Virus record (IMG/VR): IMGVR_UViG_3300009506_000002 | Span: 32,001 to 96,000 of that record | Origin: a virus | Strand: one strand, 5' to 3' | Length of the DNA stretch: 64,000 nucleotides | Part shown: positions 9,469 to 18,549 of the stretch, in pieces | Layout: each line of letters begins with the position of its first letter | Position numbering within the stretch: the first letter of the stretch is position 1 | Position numbers and translations under genes: made by a program | Notes under the pieces: generated by a model | What the model was told of the DNA's origin: nothing | What the model saw: only the letters and a program-made list of their open reading frames with translations | Database searches by the model: none

Positions 9469-9505
9469 ATCTTCTCTCCTTTTTAGAATACCTTAGTATT
9501 TTTTA

Positions 9506-9513
9506 TATTTATA
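9506..9513 (-). promoter_or_regulatory. Late promoter for gp22
   Basis: TATAAATA. Confidence 0.8.
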
Positions 9514-9536
9514 AATCTTGATCTTTAGATCGCCAT

Positions 9537-10187
9537 TTACAGCTTGTTTACGAAGTCTTGGAAGGCTGCAAGCTGTGTTTCTTCCAAACGCGCCTTTGGT
9601 GTGCGCTTGATCAGCTTGTAGATCTTCTCAGCTTCTTGCTCAATCAACTTGCCATTGTCCCATACCCATTCATGGCCTTCCATGATGCCATTTACAAAGG
9701 CATCTGGCGCTGACGGGTCGGAAACAACGTCAACACAGACAAGGCGGAAGTCAGACTGAACCTCGTTAACGCCTCGACTGTTTTGTCTTACAGTACCAAG
9801 GCCACGCGATGAAACACCCATCTGGGTGCCGCCCTCGATCAAACCACGAACCAGGTTGCCCATTGGTGTGTTGAGAACGAGTGCCTTACCCACAAAGTTG
9901 TTGCCCTCTGATGTCAGCTCGACGATGCGATGGCTGGCGCGCTCAGGATTGACGACAGGGCTCTGTGGGTGATTGAGTTCTCCAAGAGCGCGATTCGTGC
10001 GCACATACTCGGTCACATAGCGATTGACCTGTGCTTCAAGAATCGATCTTGGGTAAATACGTCCGTTGCGGTTTCTCTGCTCTGCTTGCATGAAGATACC
10101 CTGCAGATACAGGTCCTTGCTACCGTTCTTGCCTTCTTCAATGTAGGCTCTGGTAGTATCTTCGAGATATTCGGTGATCAGTAGCAT
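9537..10187 (-). CDS. gp21: Prohead protease
   Basis: NRNGRIYP, ALGELNHP (His), GVSSRGLG (Ser), DVVSDPSAPDA (Asp). Confidence 0.97.
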   Translation of the reverse strand: MLLITEYLEDTTRAYIEEGKNGSKDLYLQGIFMQAEQRNRNGRIYPRSILEAQVNRYVTEYVRTNRALGELNHPQSPVVNPERASHRIVELTSEGNNFVGKALVLNTPMGNLVRGLIEGGTQMGVSSRGLGTVRQNSRGVNEVQSDFRLVCVDVVSDPSAPDAFVNGIMEGHEWVWDNGKLIEQEAEKIYKLIKRTPKARLEETQLAAFQDFVNKL

Positions 10188-10200
10188 TTCAATTTACTCC

Positions 10201-10452
10201 TTAGGAAGCTACGTAGACCACGTAGAGGCCTTTTCCGTTAGCCCACTTTGCAGCCTGTTTTGCAGCCTTTGCATAGGTATCGGTGATGATAACGTAATCC
10301 TCACCTTCGACAGCTTTTGACCAGTTTTCAATACCCCACTTCTCTTTGGTGAACATCCAACGTCCAGAGCCCTTTGGCTTTTTGCCGTGGGCTCCTTCGA
10401 ACGTTGACGTATCAACACGAGCAGCTTCCTTGAGCATGGTCAGGAATCTCAT
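10201..10452 (-). CDS. Small protein, candidate capsid internal protein
   Basis: In head operon; N-terminus MRFLTMLKEA resembles a capsid-targeting leader. Confidence 0.6.
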   Translation of the reverse strand: MRFLTMLKEAARVDTSTFEGAHGKKPKGSGRWMFTKEKWGIENWSKAVEGEDYVIITDTYAKAAKQAAKWANGKGLYVVYVAS

Positions 10453-11138
10453 TAGATTCTCTTAACCTGTCTCTTACCGTATGCTGTCTGACCAATACGA
10501 GACTTGATCTTTGCACGCTTGCGCCATCTCTTGTAGTGAGAGGTCTTACGGAAGCGCTTCTGGCGAAGTTTGATGGTGGCCTTGTTCTTACGGTAGGCCT
10601 TCTGGTGTGCCAGCTTGTCAGCGGCGGCAGTGTGTACTCGCTTGCGTGATGAAGCAGCGACCTCGTCAAGGTCTTCCTCATTCATCTTCTTTTTGCGCTT
10701 GCCCTTGCAGACTTCGCAAAGCTCGAGTTCTTCACCCTCTTGCATCTTTTTCTTCTTGGTCTTGCAAACTTCACAGAGCTCAGACTCGTCTAGGCCCTCT
10801 TCCATTTCCATCTCGCCATCCATCTCATCTTCCGACTCATCGCTGTATGAGATCTCTTCATCGTCAAGTGCCGCAAAGAATGCGTCCAGCTTGTCTTCAT
10901 CGTCTTCGAGAATTTCAATGCTGGTTCCTTCGTCATCGAGCTTGTAGGCGATACCAACTTTGTTCGCGACCTGAATGACCTTGTGCATGTCTTCTTTCGC
11001 AAAGCTGATTTCTACCTCTGAGTCCGCCATGTCAGCAGCCATTTCGTCAATAGCTTGCTCTACCATCTCACAAAGCTCTTTGCTGGCTAGTTCGGTAAAC
11101 TTACCAGCGCTTTCGAGTACTTCTTTAGTCAGTTCCAT
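10452..11138 (-). CDS. Prohead core protein (gp68 position); acidic body, CxxC repeats, basic C-tail
   Basis: Start revised to ATG 11138 (AGGAG upstream); synteny between portal and protease. Confidence 0.6.
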   Translation of the reverse strand: MELTKEVLESAGKFTELASKELCEMVEQAIDEMAADMADSEVEISFAKEDMHKVIQVANKVGIAYKLDDEGTSIEILEDDEDKLDAFFAALDDEEISYSDESEDEMDGEMEMEEGLDESELCEVCKTKKKKMQEGEELELCEVCKGKRKKKMNEEDLDEVAASSRKRVHTAAADKLAHQKAYRKNKATIKLRQKRFRKTSHYKRWRKRAKIKSRIGQTAYGKRQVKRI

Positions 11139-11274
11139 CTTCGTTTTCTCCTGATGGTTCACCGTTGGTCAAGCGCTCTCTTTCAGCATCGATTGCTTCC
11201 TCACGCTTTTGGTCAAGGAACTCGGTCACGCTTGAGGCGAAGTTAGACGGTGAGTTGAAATCTAAATCCTTCAT
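11125..11274 (-). CDS. 49-aa protein at the gp67 position (not in ORF track)
   Basis: GGAG-6-ATG; MKDLDFNSPSNFASSVTEFLDQKREEAIDAERERL... Confidence 0.65.
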   Translation of the reverse strand: MKDLDFNSPSNFASSVTEFLDQKREEAIDAERERLTNGEPSGENEDGTD

Positions 11275-11286
11275 ATTGTGCTCCAA

Positions 11287-12864
11287 TTATTTATTTTCTT
11301 GATCGTTTTGGTTATCAGGCTCTACGATCTTGACTGGGGTAGGCGCTGGCTCACCGCCAGGTTGATCTTGCATATCAAAGTCACCCTCACCCTCACCAGG
11401 TTTGATCTTTCCGTCAGCCTTTTCCTGTTCGATGCGATCATTCACCTCTTTGATCTCATCATCGTTACGCTTCAATACCTGCTTGTGAACGTCCTCGATT
11501 GAGTAGTAACGTCCTACATACTGGTCAATTGTTGCCAGCAACTCGAGACGTCCACGCAAAATTTCATTCTCCTTCAGCTCTGTGAAGTGTGAGTCTGAAT
11601 TGAAACGGAACTGGATTGCTTCATTGATATCGAGCCAATCGTCCTCAGTGATGATATTCTTGAGGAGCAGTTGTGTCTTGAGTGCCTGACGGAACAGGCG
11701 CGAGAACTTCTTGCGCAGCTTGTCAATGAACTTCGAGAACTTGATCTCGTTACGCGAAATTTCCGCAGATACACCCATGTTGAACACTGCTTCGGTGTCG
11801 ATACGCGATGCTGGGATGCGGAGTGCTTTGTACAGCTTCTTGACGAAGTATAGGACATCATCCATGTCGCCCAATGAAGTAGCGCCTGGGAGTGTTGAAA
11901 CCTCAGTACCTCGGTTGCCTTCACGTCTTGGTAGCCAGATATCCTCAAGCATAGACATGATATGACGGTTGTCTTTGACTGTGCCAGTTGTGGCATCATA
12001 GACCATCTTGTTCTTATGCTTGTTGATGATGCTCTTCATGTACTGCTCTGCCTTTGTCTTTGGCAGGTTACCAGTATCGATGTAGAACACACGGCGCTCT
12101 GGCGCGCGCGAGATTCGGTAAATTACTAGCGAGTCTTCGAGTGCGACAAGCTGATTCAGTGGCTTGATCGCAGCGTCAAGGTATGAGATTACCTCTTTGC
12201 CTTCCGAGTCCATGAGTCCTGACGGAACATACAGGACGGCCTCTTTCGGAATCTTGACTGCTTCTTTTTTGACATAGTGCTTTGAGCCGGGATCGTTGTA
12301 AACGAAGTATTCCTCAACGCTCTTGACAATTTCGACTCCGCCTGGGCCCTTTTCCTTTTTGACATCGCGTACTTTCTTGATGAAGCGCGGATCGATGTAA
12401 CGTAGCTCTGCCACGCCATCCTTCTGGGCCTTCTTGTCGATGATAACGTGGTAGAAGATACGTCCGTCTACGTACCACTTGCGGAACAGGTCGTCTCCGA
12501 TCTCATTGAAATTGAGCAAGCGGAGAACTTCTTTGAACTCTTCGGAAATCTTTTTCTTGATGCTGGCTGAAACGTCTGCGTCATCTGAGAACATGATGTC
12601 AACAGGTGTCTCTTCAGCGTCAAACACGATGGCATCGTTGATGATTTCGTCTAGAGCGTCATCAACGTCCGAATTGGCGGCAGCCTTGCGATAAAGCTCG
12701 ATCTGCTCTTTCGTGTTCTTGTATGACGCATCGAAGTCGAAACCAATCGTGTTGGTTATTGCAACTTCTACAGCGCCATCTGTGTCTGTCGGAGGTACGA
12801 ATGAAGGAGAGAGCTTCTCATCCTTCTTCTTGCTTCCGATTTCGATGCTTCCAAAGAATTCCAT
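11287..12864 (-). CDS. gp20: Portal protein
   Basis: YRISRAPERRVFYIDTGNLP, WLPRREGNRGTEVSTLPG. Confidence 0.98.
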   Translation of the reverse strand: MEFFGSIEIGSKKKDEKLSPSFVPPTDTDGAVEVAITNTIGFDFDASYKNTKEQIELYRKAAANSDVDDALDEIINDAIVFDAEETPVDIMFSDDADVSASIKKKISEEFKEVLRLLNFNEIGDDLFRKWYVDGRIFYHVIIDKKAQKDGVAELRYIDPRFIKKVRDVKKEKGPGGVEIVKSVEEYFVYNDPGSKHYVKKEAVKIPKEAVLYVPSGLMDSEGKEVISYLDAAIKPLNQLVALEDSLVIYRISRAPERRVFYIDTGNLPKTKAEQYMKSIINKHKNKMVYDATTGTVKDNRHIMSMLEDIWLPRREGNRGTEVSTLPGATSLGDMDDVLYFVKKLYKALRIPASRIDTEAVFNMGVSAEISRNEIKFSKFIDKLRKKFSRLFRQALKTQLLLKNIITEDDWLDINEAIQFRFNSDSHFTELKENEILRGRLELLATIDQYVGRYYSIEDVHKQVLKRNDDEIKEVNDRIEQEKADGKIKPGEGEGDFDMQDQPGGEPAPTPVKIVEPDNQNDQENK

Positions 12865-12869
12865 ATTTG

Positions 12870-12877
12870 TATTTATA
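12870..12877 (-). promoter_or_regulatory. Late promoter (leaderless geometry)
   Basis: TATAAATA-5nt-ATG. Confidence 0.8.
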
Positions 12878-12878
12878 G

Positions 12879-12912
12879 AAGAAAGAAGGGGCTAGTTGAA
12901 AACCAGCCCCTA
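12879..12912 (-). terminator. Terminator after gp19
   Basis: AGGGGCTGGTT-TTC-AACTAGCCCCT then TCTTTCTT. Confidence 0.8.
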
Positions 12913-12922
12913 TGTTTCCAGA

Positions 12923-13417
12923 TTACTGAATTCGAGTCCAGTAGTCGTATGCGATAGTCACAGAGTATTCCATGACCGTGTCGTTTGAATCAAACGCCAA
13001 CTCTACTGAACCGATTTCTTGTGGGAAGCAGCCAACCAGCTTGTATGAAGCAATGACCGATTCGTCATTGCCAAGCTGCTCTACGATCATGTCGTACTTG
13101 TAATCCTCTGCCGCAGCAGGTCCTACGTTCAGAACGTGATCATTGATTGAGTTTGACCAATCCTCGAGTTGCTTGCGGATGGTGAATGTCTCGTCCTGCT
13201 GAATGGTAAGTGTCCACTCGACGAATACACGGTCACCAGCGATCTTGATCTTGCGACCAAGATATGGCACTTCGATGATTCCAAGCTGTGAAGAAGGAAG
13301 CTGGGCGCCTTTTGCAAGGAACTGCAACTTACGATCTAGTACAGCAGGAGCAGATACTCGGAACAGCGTAGGGCGAGCAAATTGTGCGACTTCTGCTTTG
13401 AAATTGTCAACTGACAT
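12923..13417 (-). CDS. gp19: Tail tube protein
   Basis: ARPTLF, GRKIKIAGDRVF..W, YDYW. Confidence 0.95.
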   Translation of the reverse strand: MSVDNFKAEVAQFARPTLFRVSAPAVLDRKLQFLAKGAQLPSSQLGIIEVPYLGRKIKIAGDRVFVEWTLTIQQDETFTIRKQLEDWSNSINDHVLNVGPAAAEDYKYDMIVEQLGNDESVIASYKLVGCFPQEIGSVELAFDSNDTVMEYSVTIAYDYWTRIQ

Positions 13418-13428
13418 TTACTTACTCC

Positions 13429-15015
13429 TTATCCGATTACTTCTTCAAACTGTACAGCGGTCTTGACAGCCACGAAGTTGAGGTAGATGTAGTTGATTGA
13501 ACGAGCAGGCTTGATGTAGATATCACCAACGAACTCGTTTCTGTCAATCACTTCACCTGTGTTGTTTGTTTCGTCACATACAACACGGAAGTCGTAGATA
13601 CCACGACGACCCTGAACTTCACGCAGGAATGGCTCAACCATCTGAACGAAGCGGTTACGTGTGAACGAGTCATTGAACTCGAACAGTGTGTACTTCGCAG
13701 CGGTTGCAATTGCCTTCTCAAGGACAATGAACAAACGACGCACATTGATGCGATCGAATGCGCTTGGCTTGGTCTGCATGGTCTTGTCACCATACAGAAC
13801 TGTTCCTTCACCTGAGAACGCAACAACTGGGTTGATGCCTCTCTTGTAAAGCTCGTCGCGCTGTGCCTTGTTCGGGTTGAACGCCAGCTTGACAACGTTC
13901 TTGATCTGACCACGGTTGAATCCACCCGGAGACCACCATGCGTCTGCCACGTTGTCGGTACGAGCACACAGACCAGCAATGTCGCCGTTCAACGGTACCC
14001 AACGGTAGACGTCGTTATAGCGGTCGTACTGGTATTTGTAGTTGCCGTCCATTACACCGTAGCTTGAAGAGAAGTTGTAGTCGCCAGTGTCACGCAGAGT
14101 AGCAAGCTCCCCTTCAGGTGTAGTTGCTGGGTTGACGACGTCAGCCTGATCAGGCGAAACGAACGCCACGCAGTCCTTACGTACTTCGGCGATGCTCTGC
14201 ACGATGTACGCACCGGTTGCAGTTGGTGAGCCACCCTGCATAATCAGGTTGACATCGATCGATTCTGCATCCAGGAACAGGTCAAAGCCAGTGCGGTAAT
14301 CTGCGTCGACCAGAGCAGCGCCGTCAGCGCCAGAGCTCAAGGTGTAGACGACAGGAGAACCTGCGTTGTCAGTGACCAGTGCAGCAGAATTGATACACCA
14401 GACGTACTTCGATGCTCTTGCGAGGTAGTCTTCGCAGTATTTTGTGTCTCCCTGGAAGTTCTTTGTGCCAGCAGTCTTGTCTACGATGTGTGTTTCAACA
14501 ATCGTACCTGCTTTCAGAACTACCACGAAGAATTCTGTACCTGTAGGCGCATAGTCAAACTGTCCTTCGTAAGTCCAGCCTACGAAGTTGTTGACGTCTG
14601 CGACATGAACCACGATATCGTTGCCTTCCACGCCTGGGTACTTGGCGATGAACGCATCAGTCGCCGCGGTCTGCAGGGTTGGTAGCTGGGCTTCGTAGTC
14701 TGCAAAATTCTTGATTAGTACGCCAGTGCCTGAATCCGCAGCGTTGAGAGCTCCGGCGCCTACGACACGAACGAGTTTAGCGTTTCGTGAGTAAGACAGG
14801 AAGTTAGCGATAGTGAACCAATCCTTGTAATTTGCATCAGTAGGGCCGTAGAAACGGGTGACAATATCAGCTTCTCGAGCCAATAGAGTTACTTCTTCGA
14901 CCGGACCCCATGAGAATGCGCCAGCCATAGCACCAATAGAAGTTGCTACTGCAGGAACAGATGTGGTTAGATCTTGTTCATTTACATCTACAATAGCAGA
15001 CAATGAGAATCCCAT
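13429..15015 (-). CDS. gp18: Tail sheath protein
   Basis: WGPV, WWSPGGFNRG, FDRINVRRLF, IKPARSINYI. Confidence 0.97.
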   Translation of the reverse strand: MGFSLSAIVDVNEQDLTTSVPAVATSIGAMAGAFSWGPVEEVTLLAREADIVTRFYGPTDANYKDWFTIANFLSYSRNAKLVRVVGAGALNAADSGTGVLIKNFADYEAQLPTLQTAATDAFIAKYPGVEGNDIVVHVADVNNFVGWTYEGQFDYAPTGTEFFVVVLKAGTIVETHIVDKTAGTKNFQGDTKYCEDYLARASKYVWCINSAALVTDNAGSPVVYTLSSGADGAALVDADYRTGFDLFLDAESIDVNLIMQGGSPTATGAYIVQSIAEVRKDCVAFVSPDQADVVNPATTPEGELATLRDTGDYNFSSSYGVMDGNYKYQYDRYNDVYRWVPLNGDIAGLCARTDNVADAWWSPGGFNRGQIKNVVKLAFNPNKAQRDELYKRGINPVVAFSGEGTVLYGDKTMQTKPSAFDRINVRRLFIVLEKAIATAAKYTLFEFNDSFTRNRFVQMVEPFLREVQGRRGIYDFRVVCDETNNTGEVIDRNEFVGDIYIKPARSINYIYLNFVAVKTAVQFEEVIG

Positions 15016-15085
15016 GTTATTAACTCCTTATTTATTTGCCGTATGACATCTATATTTGTATTATTTATTAAAGTCCGTCTTTCAT

Positions 15086-16672
15086 TTAAGCAGACGACCA
15101 GACCAGTCCGTCAGTATCAACCTCATAATGAGGTTCGTCGGAATCTAGTCCATCCTCGATGAAGCCGAATGGTGAAAGATCCTCTTCAATTTGTTGCAAT
15201 TCGTTGGCGAAAATCATCTGGCTAAGGTTGAAGCCAGCACGGAGTTCGTCAAAGAACGTGCGTGTGGTGAGCCATGCAAAAAGAACAAGCGTCATTACAA
15301 GGTCGTCGTGGAATCCAACGTCCGCCTCGTATGACGTTCCCTTCTGAATGAATCCGCCAAGCTCGAGGATTGTGTTCTTGTCTTTGATGATCAGTTTCGA
15401 GTTCTCGAGCAAATCTCGAAGTGTTGAACATCCAAGCGCTTTAACAGACTTGGTTGTTCGTATTCCAAGTGAATATTTCTTGTCCCCACCAATAGAAACA
15501 AGATTTTCGTACTCGTATTCATAGTTAAGGATATTGACAACTTGCTCGCCAATGTCATTCGTTTCTACCAGTACGTAGGCATCATTGTACTTCTTACCTA
15601 CTTCGTTGATGACCTTAGGGTAGATCAATGGTGAAATAAGGCTGTCGTAGAATGTTGCAACTTGCACAAACGGGTACTCTGTGACATCTATCACAGAGAA
15701 CGCTGAATTGTCTAATCCCTTACCGCGTGAAGTGTCAACAACCAAACAGTAAGAATGTCCTAGGATAGGATTAATGTAGGTGCGTAGATTGCCATCGCGC
15801 AGCTTGTATTCTGGTTCTTCGACAAGCATCTTGCGCAGGTAGCCTGATGAGATCAGCGTATTAGCTGAACCCAAGAAGTGGTTTTCGTGTTCCTGCAGGA
15901 ATGCTTCGTACGAGGTGTTCGCAATTGTTTCAGTGCGCCACTCCTCATCTCGTCCGGGTACGTCGCGCCAGTTAACCTCAAACGGGTGGAATGAACTCTT
16001 GCCATTGATGGCATCCTGCCACATTCGGTAGTAGTGGTTCATGCCGTTAGCAGTTGACACTAGAACGATTCGTGATGTCTTACCTGACGCAATTGTCGGA
16101 TAGGTTGAAGCGTAGAACTCCTCCCAGATGTCAAGGAACGCGCACTCATCCACGAATAGATAAGCAACTGGCAAACCACGAATTGAGTCTGTTGACGTAC
16201 CAGCGGTGATTATCTTTGAGCCGTTCTCAAGTTCAATTGATCCTTTGTTCCACTCGATTACGCCCTGTTGCAGCCAGTACGGCAGGTTCTCGTAGGCCAT
16301 TTGGATACGAGACAAGATTTCGCGCGCGGTTGCACCCTTGTTAGCAAGGATTGCGCATGTCTTGTGATCATTGAAGAGGATATAGTGGAGCATATCCACA
16401 GTGATCGTGGTTGTTTTACCAGACTGACGAGACTGCAAGATGATATTGAAGCGATGGTCGCCCAAGTGTTGCAGCAGGTTCTTCTGATATTCATAGAGCG
16501 GAATGTTGATCAGTCCGTGGTCGACGTGGACGATCTTCATGTACTTCTCTGCGAAATACACCTTATCATTCATGCAGCGCTCGTACTCGAGCACCTGCTC
16601 TTTTGTGAAGTTGATTTTCTGACCAGCGCGCTTTAGGTTAGGATTGCCTAGGTAGGTCTGGTAGACAGTCAT
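15086..16672 (-). CDS. gp17: Terminase large subunit (uninterrupted)
   Basis: YLGNPNLK, SRQSGKTT, FVDECAF, HDDLVM. Confidence 0.97.
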   Translation of the reverse strand: MTVYQTYLGNPNLKRAGQKINFTKEQVLEYERCMNDKVYFAEKYMKIVHVDHGLINIPLYEYQKNLLQHLGDHRFNIILQSRQSGKTTTITVDMLHYILFNDHKTCAILANKGATAREILSRIQMAYENLPYWLQQGVIEWNKGSIELENGSKIITAGTSTDSIRGLPVAYLFVDECAFLDIWEEFYASTYPTIASGKTSRIVLVSTANGMNHYYRMWQDAINGKSSFHPFEVNWRDVPGRDEEWRTETIANTSYEAFLQEHENHFLGSANTLISSGYLRKMLVEEPEYKLRDGNLRTYINPILGHSYCLVVDTSRGKGLDNSAFSVIDVTEYPFVQVATFYDSLISPLIYPKVINEVGKKYNDAYVLVETNDIGEQVVNILNYEYEYENLVSIGGDKKYSLGIRTTKSVKALGCSTLRDLLENSKLIIKDKNTILELGGFIQKGTSYEADVGFHDDLVMTLVLFAWLTTRTFFDELRAGFNLSQMIFANELQQIEEDLSPFGFIEDGLDSDEPHYEVDTDGLVWSSA

Positions 16673-17118
16673 TAGTTACTCTTCAGCTCTTTGATTGTCT
16701 TACGCAGATCCTCGGTAGTCCCAACGTGGATGTGGTTGTGCTGCTCTTTCGGCGCATTAGGGTCCGAGTTCTTTTCAGAATCAATCTTGGCAGCTTTGCT
16801 TGACAATTCAAGTAGGTCTTGTGATAGTTCAGACATCTGCTTCAAGATATTGGCAGCAACCTCAAGCGCGCGCGGGTGCTTTGATTCTTGAGCGACGAGA
16901 ATCGCATCATTCAGCACTTGACCACCCTTCTCGATCAAATCGTGAAGAGTGCCGCGTGCGTAGTTGTAATCGTCAGTGATGTCCTGATCTGTAGGTCGAA
17001 GCGTACCCTTCTGTCTCTTGTGCATCTGCTTGAGAGCAGGCTTTGCGTCCTTCACTTCAACAAGGAAAGAATCGGAGATTTCAAGTGCTTCTACAATTGC
17101 TTCATCTGTACCAGACAT
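16672..17118 (-). CDS. gp16: Terminase small subunit
   Basis: DDYNYARGTL, HPRALEV, VGTTEDL. Confidence 0.92.
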   Translation of the reverse strand: MSGTDEAIVEALEISDSFLVEVKDAKPALKQMHKRQKGTLRPTDQDITDDYNYARGTLHDLIEKGGQVLNDAILVAQESKHPRALEVAANILKQMSELSQDLLELSSKAAKIDSEKNSDPNAPKEQHNHIHVGTTEDLRKTIKELKSN

Positions 17119-17135
17119 AGTTTAATATGTAGCGT

Positions 17136-17915
17136 TTATCCTAATTGCGATGGGTCGATTGTGATGACAGTTACCGGAGTCCAGATGTCCTCTTTGTTAG
17201 CTGCCAGCGGATCAACCTGAACATTGATGTCTTCGAGCAGGTTGGTCATCGAAGGATCATTGTACATATTGACAATCGCAGTTTTAATCGGCTTGCTATC
17301 CACTGTACGGTGGTAGATGTAGCCTTTGGCAACAATGTCAAACGACCAAGAGATGAGACGATTCTTTACAAATCCGTCTTGGTAGTTGTCATCCTTTACC
17401 ACGTTTGAAATTGAGATCGGAACGTCCTGAGTTACCAGCGCGCCATTCTCATCAATCATCTTGATGACGAGGTTATAGCTCGGCGCGAAGTATGGAAGAA
17501 TCTGTTCCATCATCTGCAGACCATCCTCTACACGGTTTGAGTAGACGGATAGGTTGAACATGAAATTATACGGAATCGGCTGGTACATCTGCGTGCGCAG
17601 TGTTGAACCAGTAGCCGAAGGCATGTTGATTTTCTGTGTCGTATTAAGCTGGCGAGTCGGATCGTACACAGGACCCTCAAAGTCAAACGACATTCTTGGT
17701 AGCGTTTTCTGAACCCAGTCTTCAGTCATACCACCTACGTCATCGCGCAGCTTTGACCAGTAACCTGTTCGTGGCGCAAACGCCAGCGGGACCTTGATGT
17801 CTTTGATCAGTGTACCCACGGCATCCTTCTGCAAGACGTGGACATCGTTGAACAGTGTGCCGATTGCAACTGTCAGCTTTCTGATGGTTTCATGATAGAA
17901 CGGTGTTCCGAGCAT
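17136..17915 (-). CDS. gp15: Tail sheath stabiliser / tail terminator
   Basis: GTLFND, LPRMSF, EQILPYF. Confidence 0.93.
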   Translation of the reverse strand: MLGTPFYHETIRKLTVAIGTLFNDVHVLQKDAVGTLIKDIKVPLAFAPRTGYWSKLRDDVGGMTEDWVQKTLPRMSFDFEGPVYDPTRQLNTTQKINMPSATGSTLRTQMYQPIPYNFMFNLSVYSNRVEDGLQMMEQILPYFAPSYNLVIKMIDENGALVTQDVPISISNVVKDDNYQDGFVKNRLISWSFDIVAKGYIYHRTVDSKPIKTAIVNMYNDPSMTNLLEDINVQVDPLAANKEDIWTPVTVITIDPSQLG

Positions 17916-17925
17916 TTATTTCACC

Positions 17926-18546
17926 TTATGGTTGACCAAATGGATTACTCTCACTAAAGTCGAGAATTGTGATAGCCTCATTCTCAATATTTACGTTGTC
18001 AGCATACGGATCAAGAGCGTCAAGATTTGTCTCGACATCGTCAACGGCAGGAATGCCAGTATTGAGTCTCTCGCCAGAGTAGTCAAACAGCTCGCATCTC
18101 AAGCGATATGTAGGTAGCGTTCCGTTAGGGTAGAACTGATTTTCGTGCTCTACGAATTTGATTTCAAACAGTGAGCCAGACAGCGGGAAGTGAATAAGGT
18201 CACCTTCAAGTGGCTTCGACATACCAGTGGCCTCAACAAAGCGCTCTCTTGAAACTGCCAGCTCCACTTGGTCGTTGATGCTGAAACCGAAGTTCATCAG
18301 CATATCGCCATCGCCCTCAAAGCCATCGAATGACTCGATGTACATTTCAAGCGGATAGTTGCTCTCGAATGATGAGATTATATCCTCATGAAAGAGCGTG
18401 TCTTCCTTTTGCAGTGTACGAGGTAGGTAGTTGCACTCAATACCAAACATCTGGATTGACTCGGTCACCCATCCTTGCACAAGGGCACGCTCGTTGGCAT
18501 TGCCAGCGTCTTGGCCGTGTAGCTTGAAATATGGATTAACAGCCAT
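17926..18546 (-). CDS. gp14: Neck protein
   Basis: ESIQMFG, YLPR, EGDLIHFP, FEIKFVE, DFSESNPFG. Confidence 0.93.
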   Translation of the reverse strand: MAVNPYFKLHGQDAGNANERALVQGWVTESIQMFGIECNYLPRTLQKEDTLFHEDIISSFESNYPLEMYIESFDGFEGDGDMLMNFGFSINDQVELAVSRERFVEATGMSKPLEGDLIHFPLSGSLFEIKFVEHENQFYPNGTLPTYRLRCELFDYSGERLNTGIPAVDDVETNLDALDPYADNVNIENEAITILDFSESNPFGQP

Positions 18547-18549
18547 CTA

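Noticed and set aside
15086-16672. Introns or inteins in the usual targets (gp17, thyA, uvsW, gp46)
   Set aside because: All are continuous and of ordinary length.
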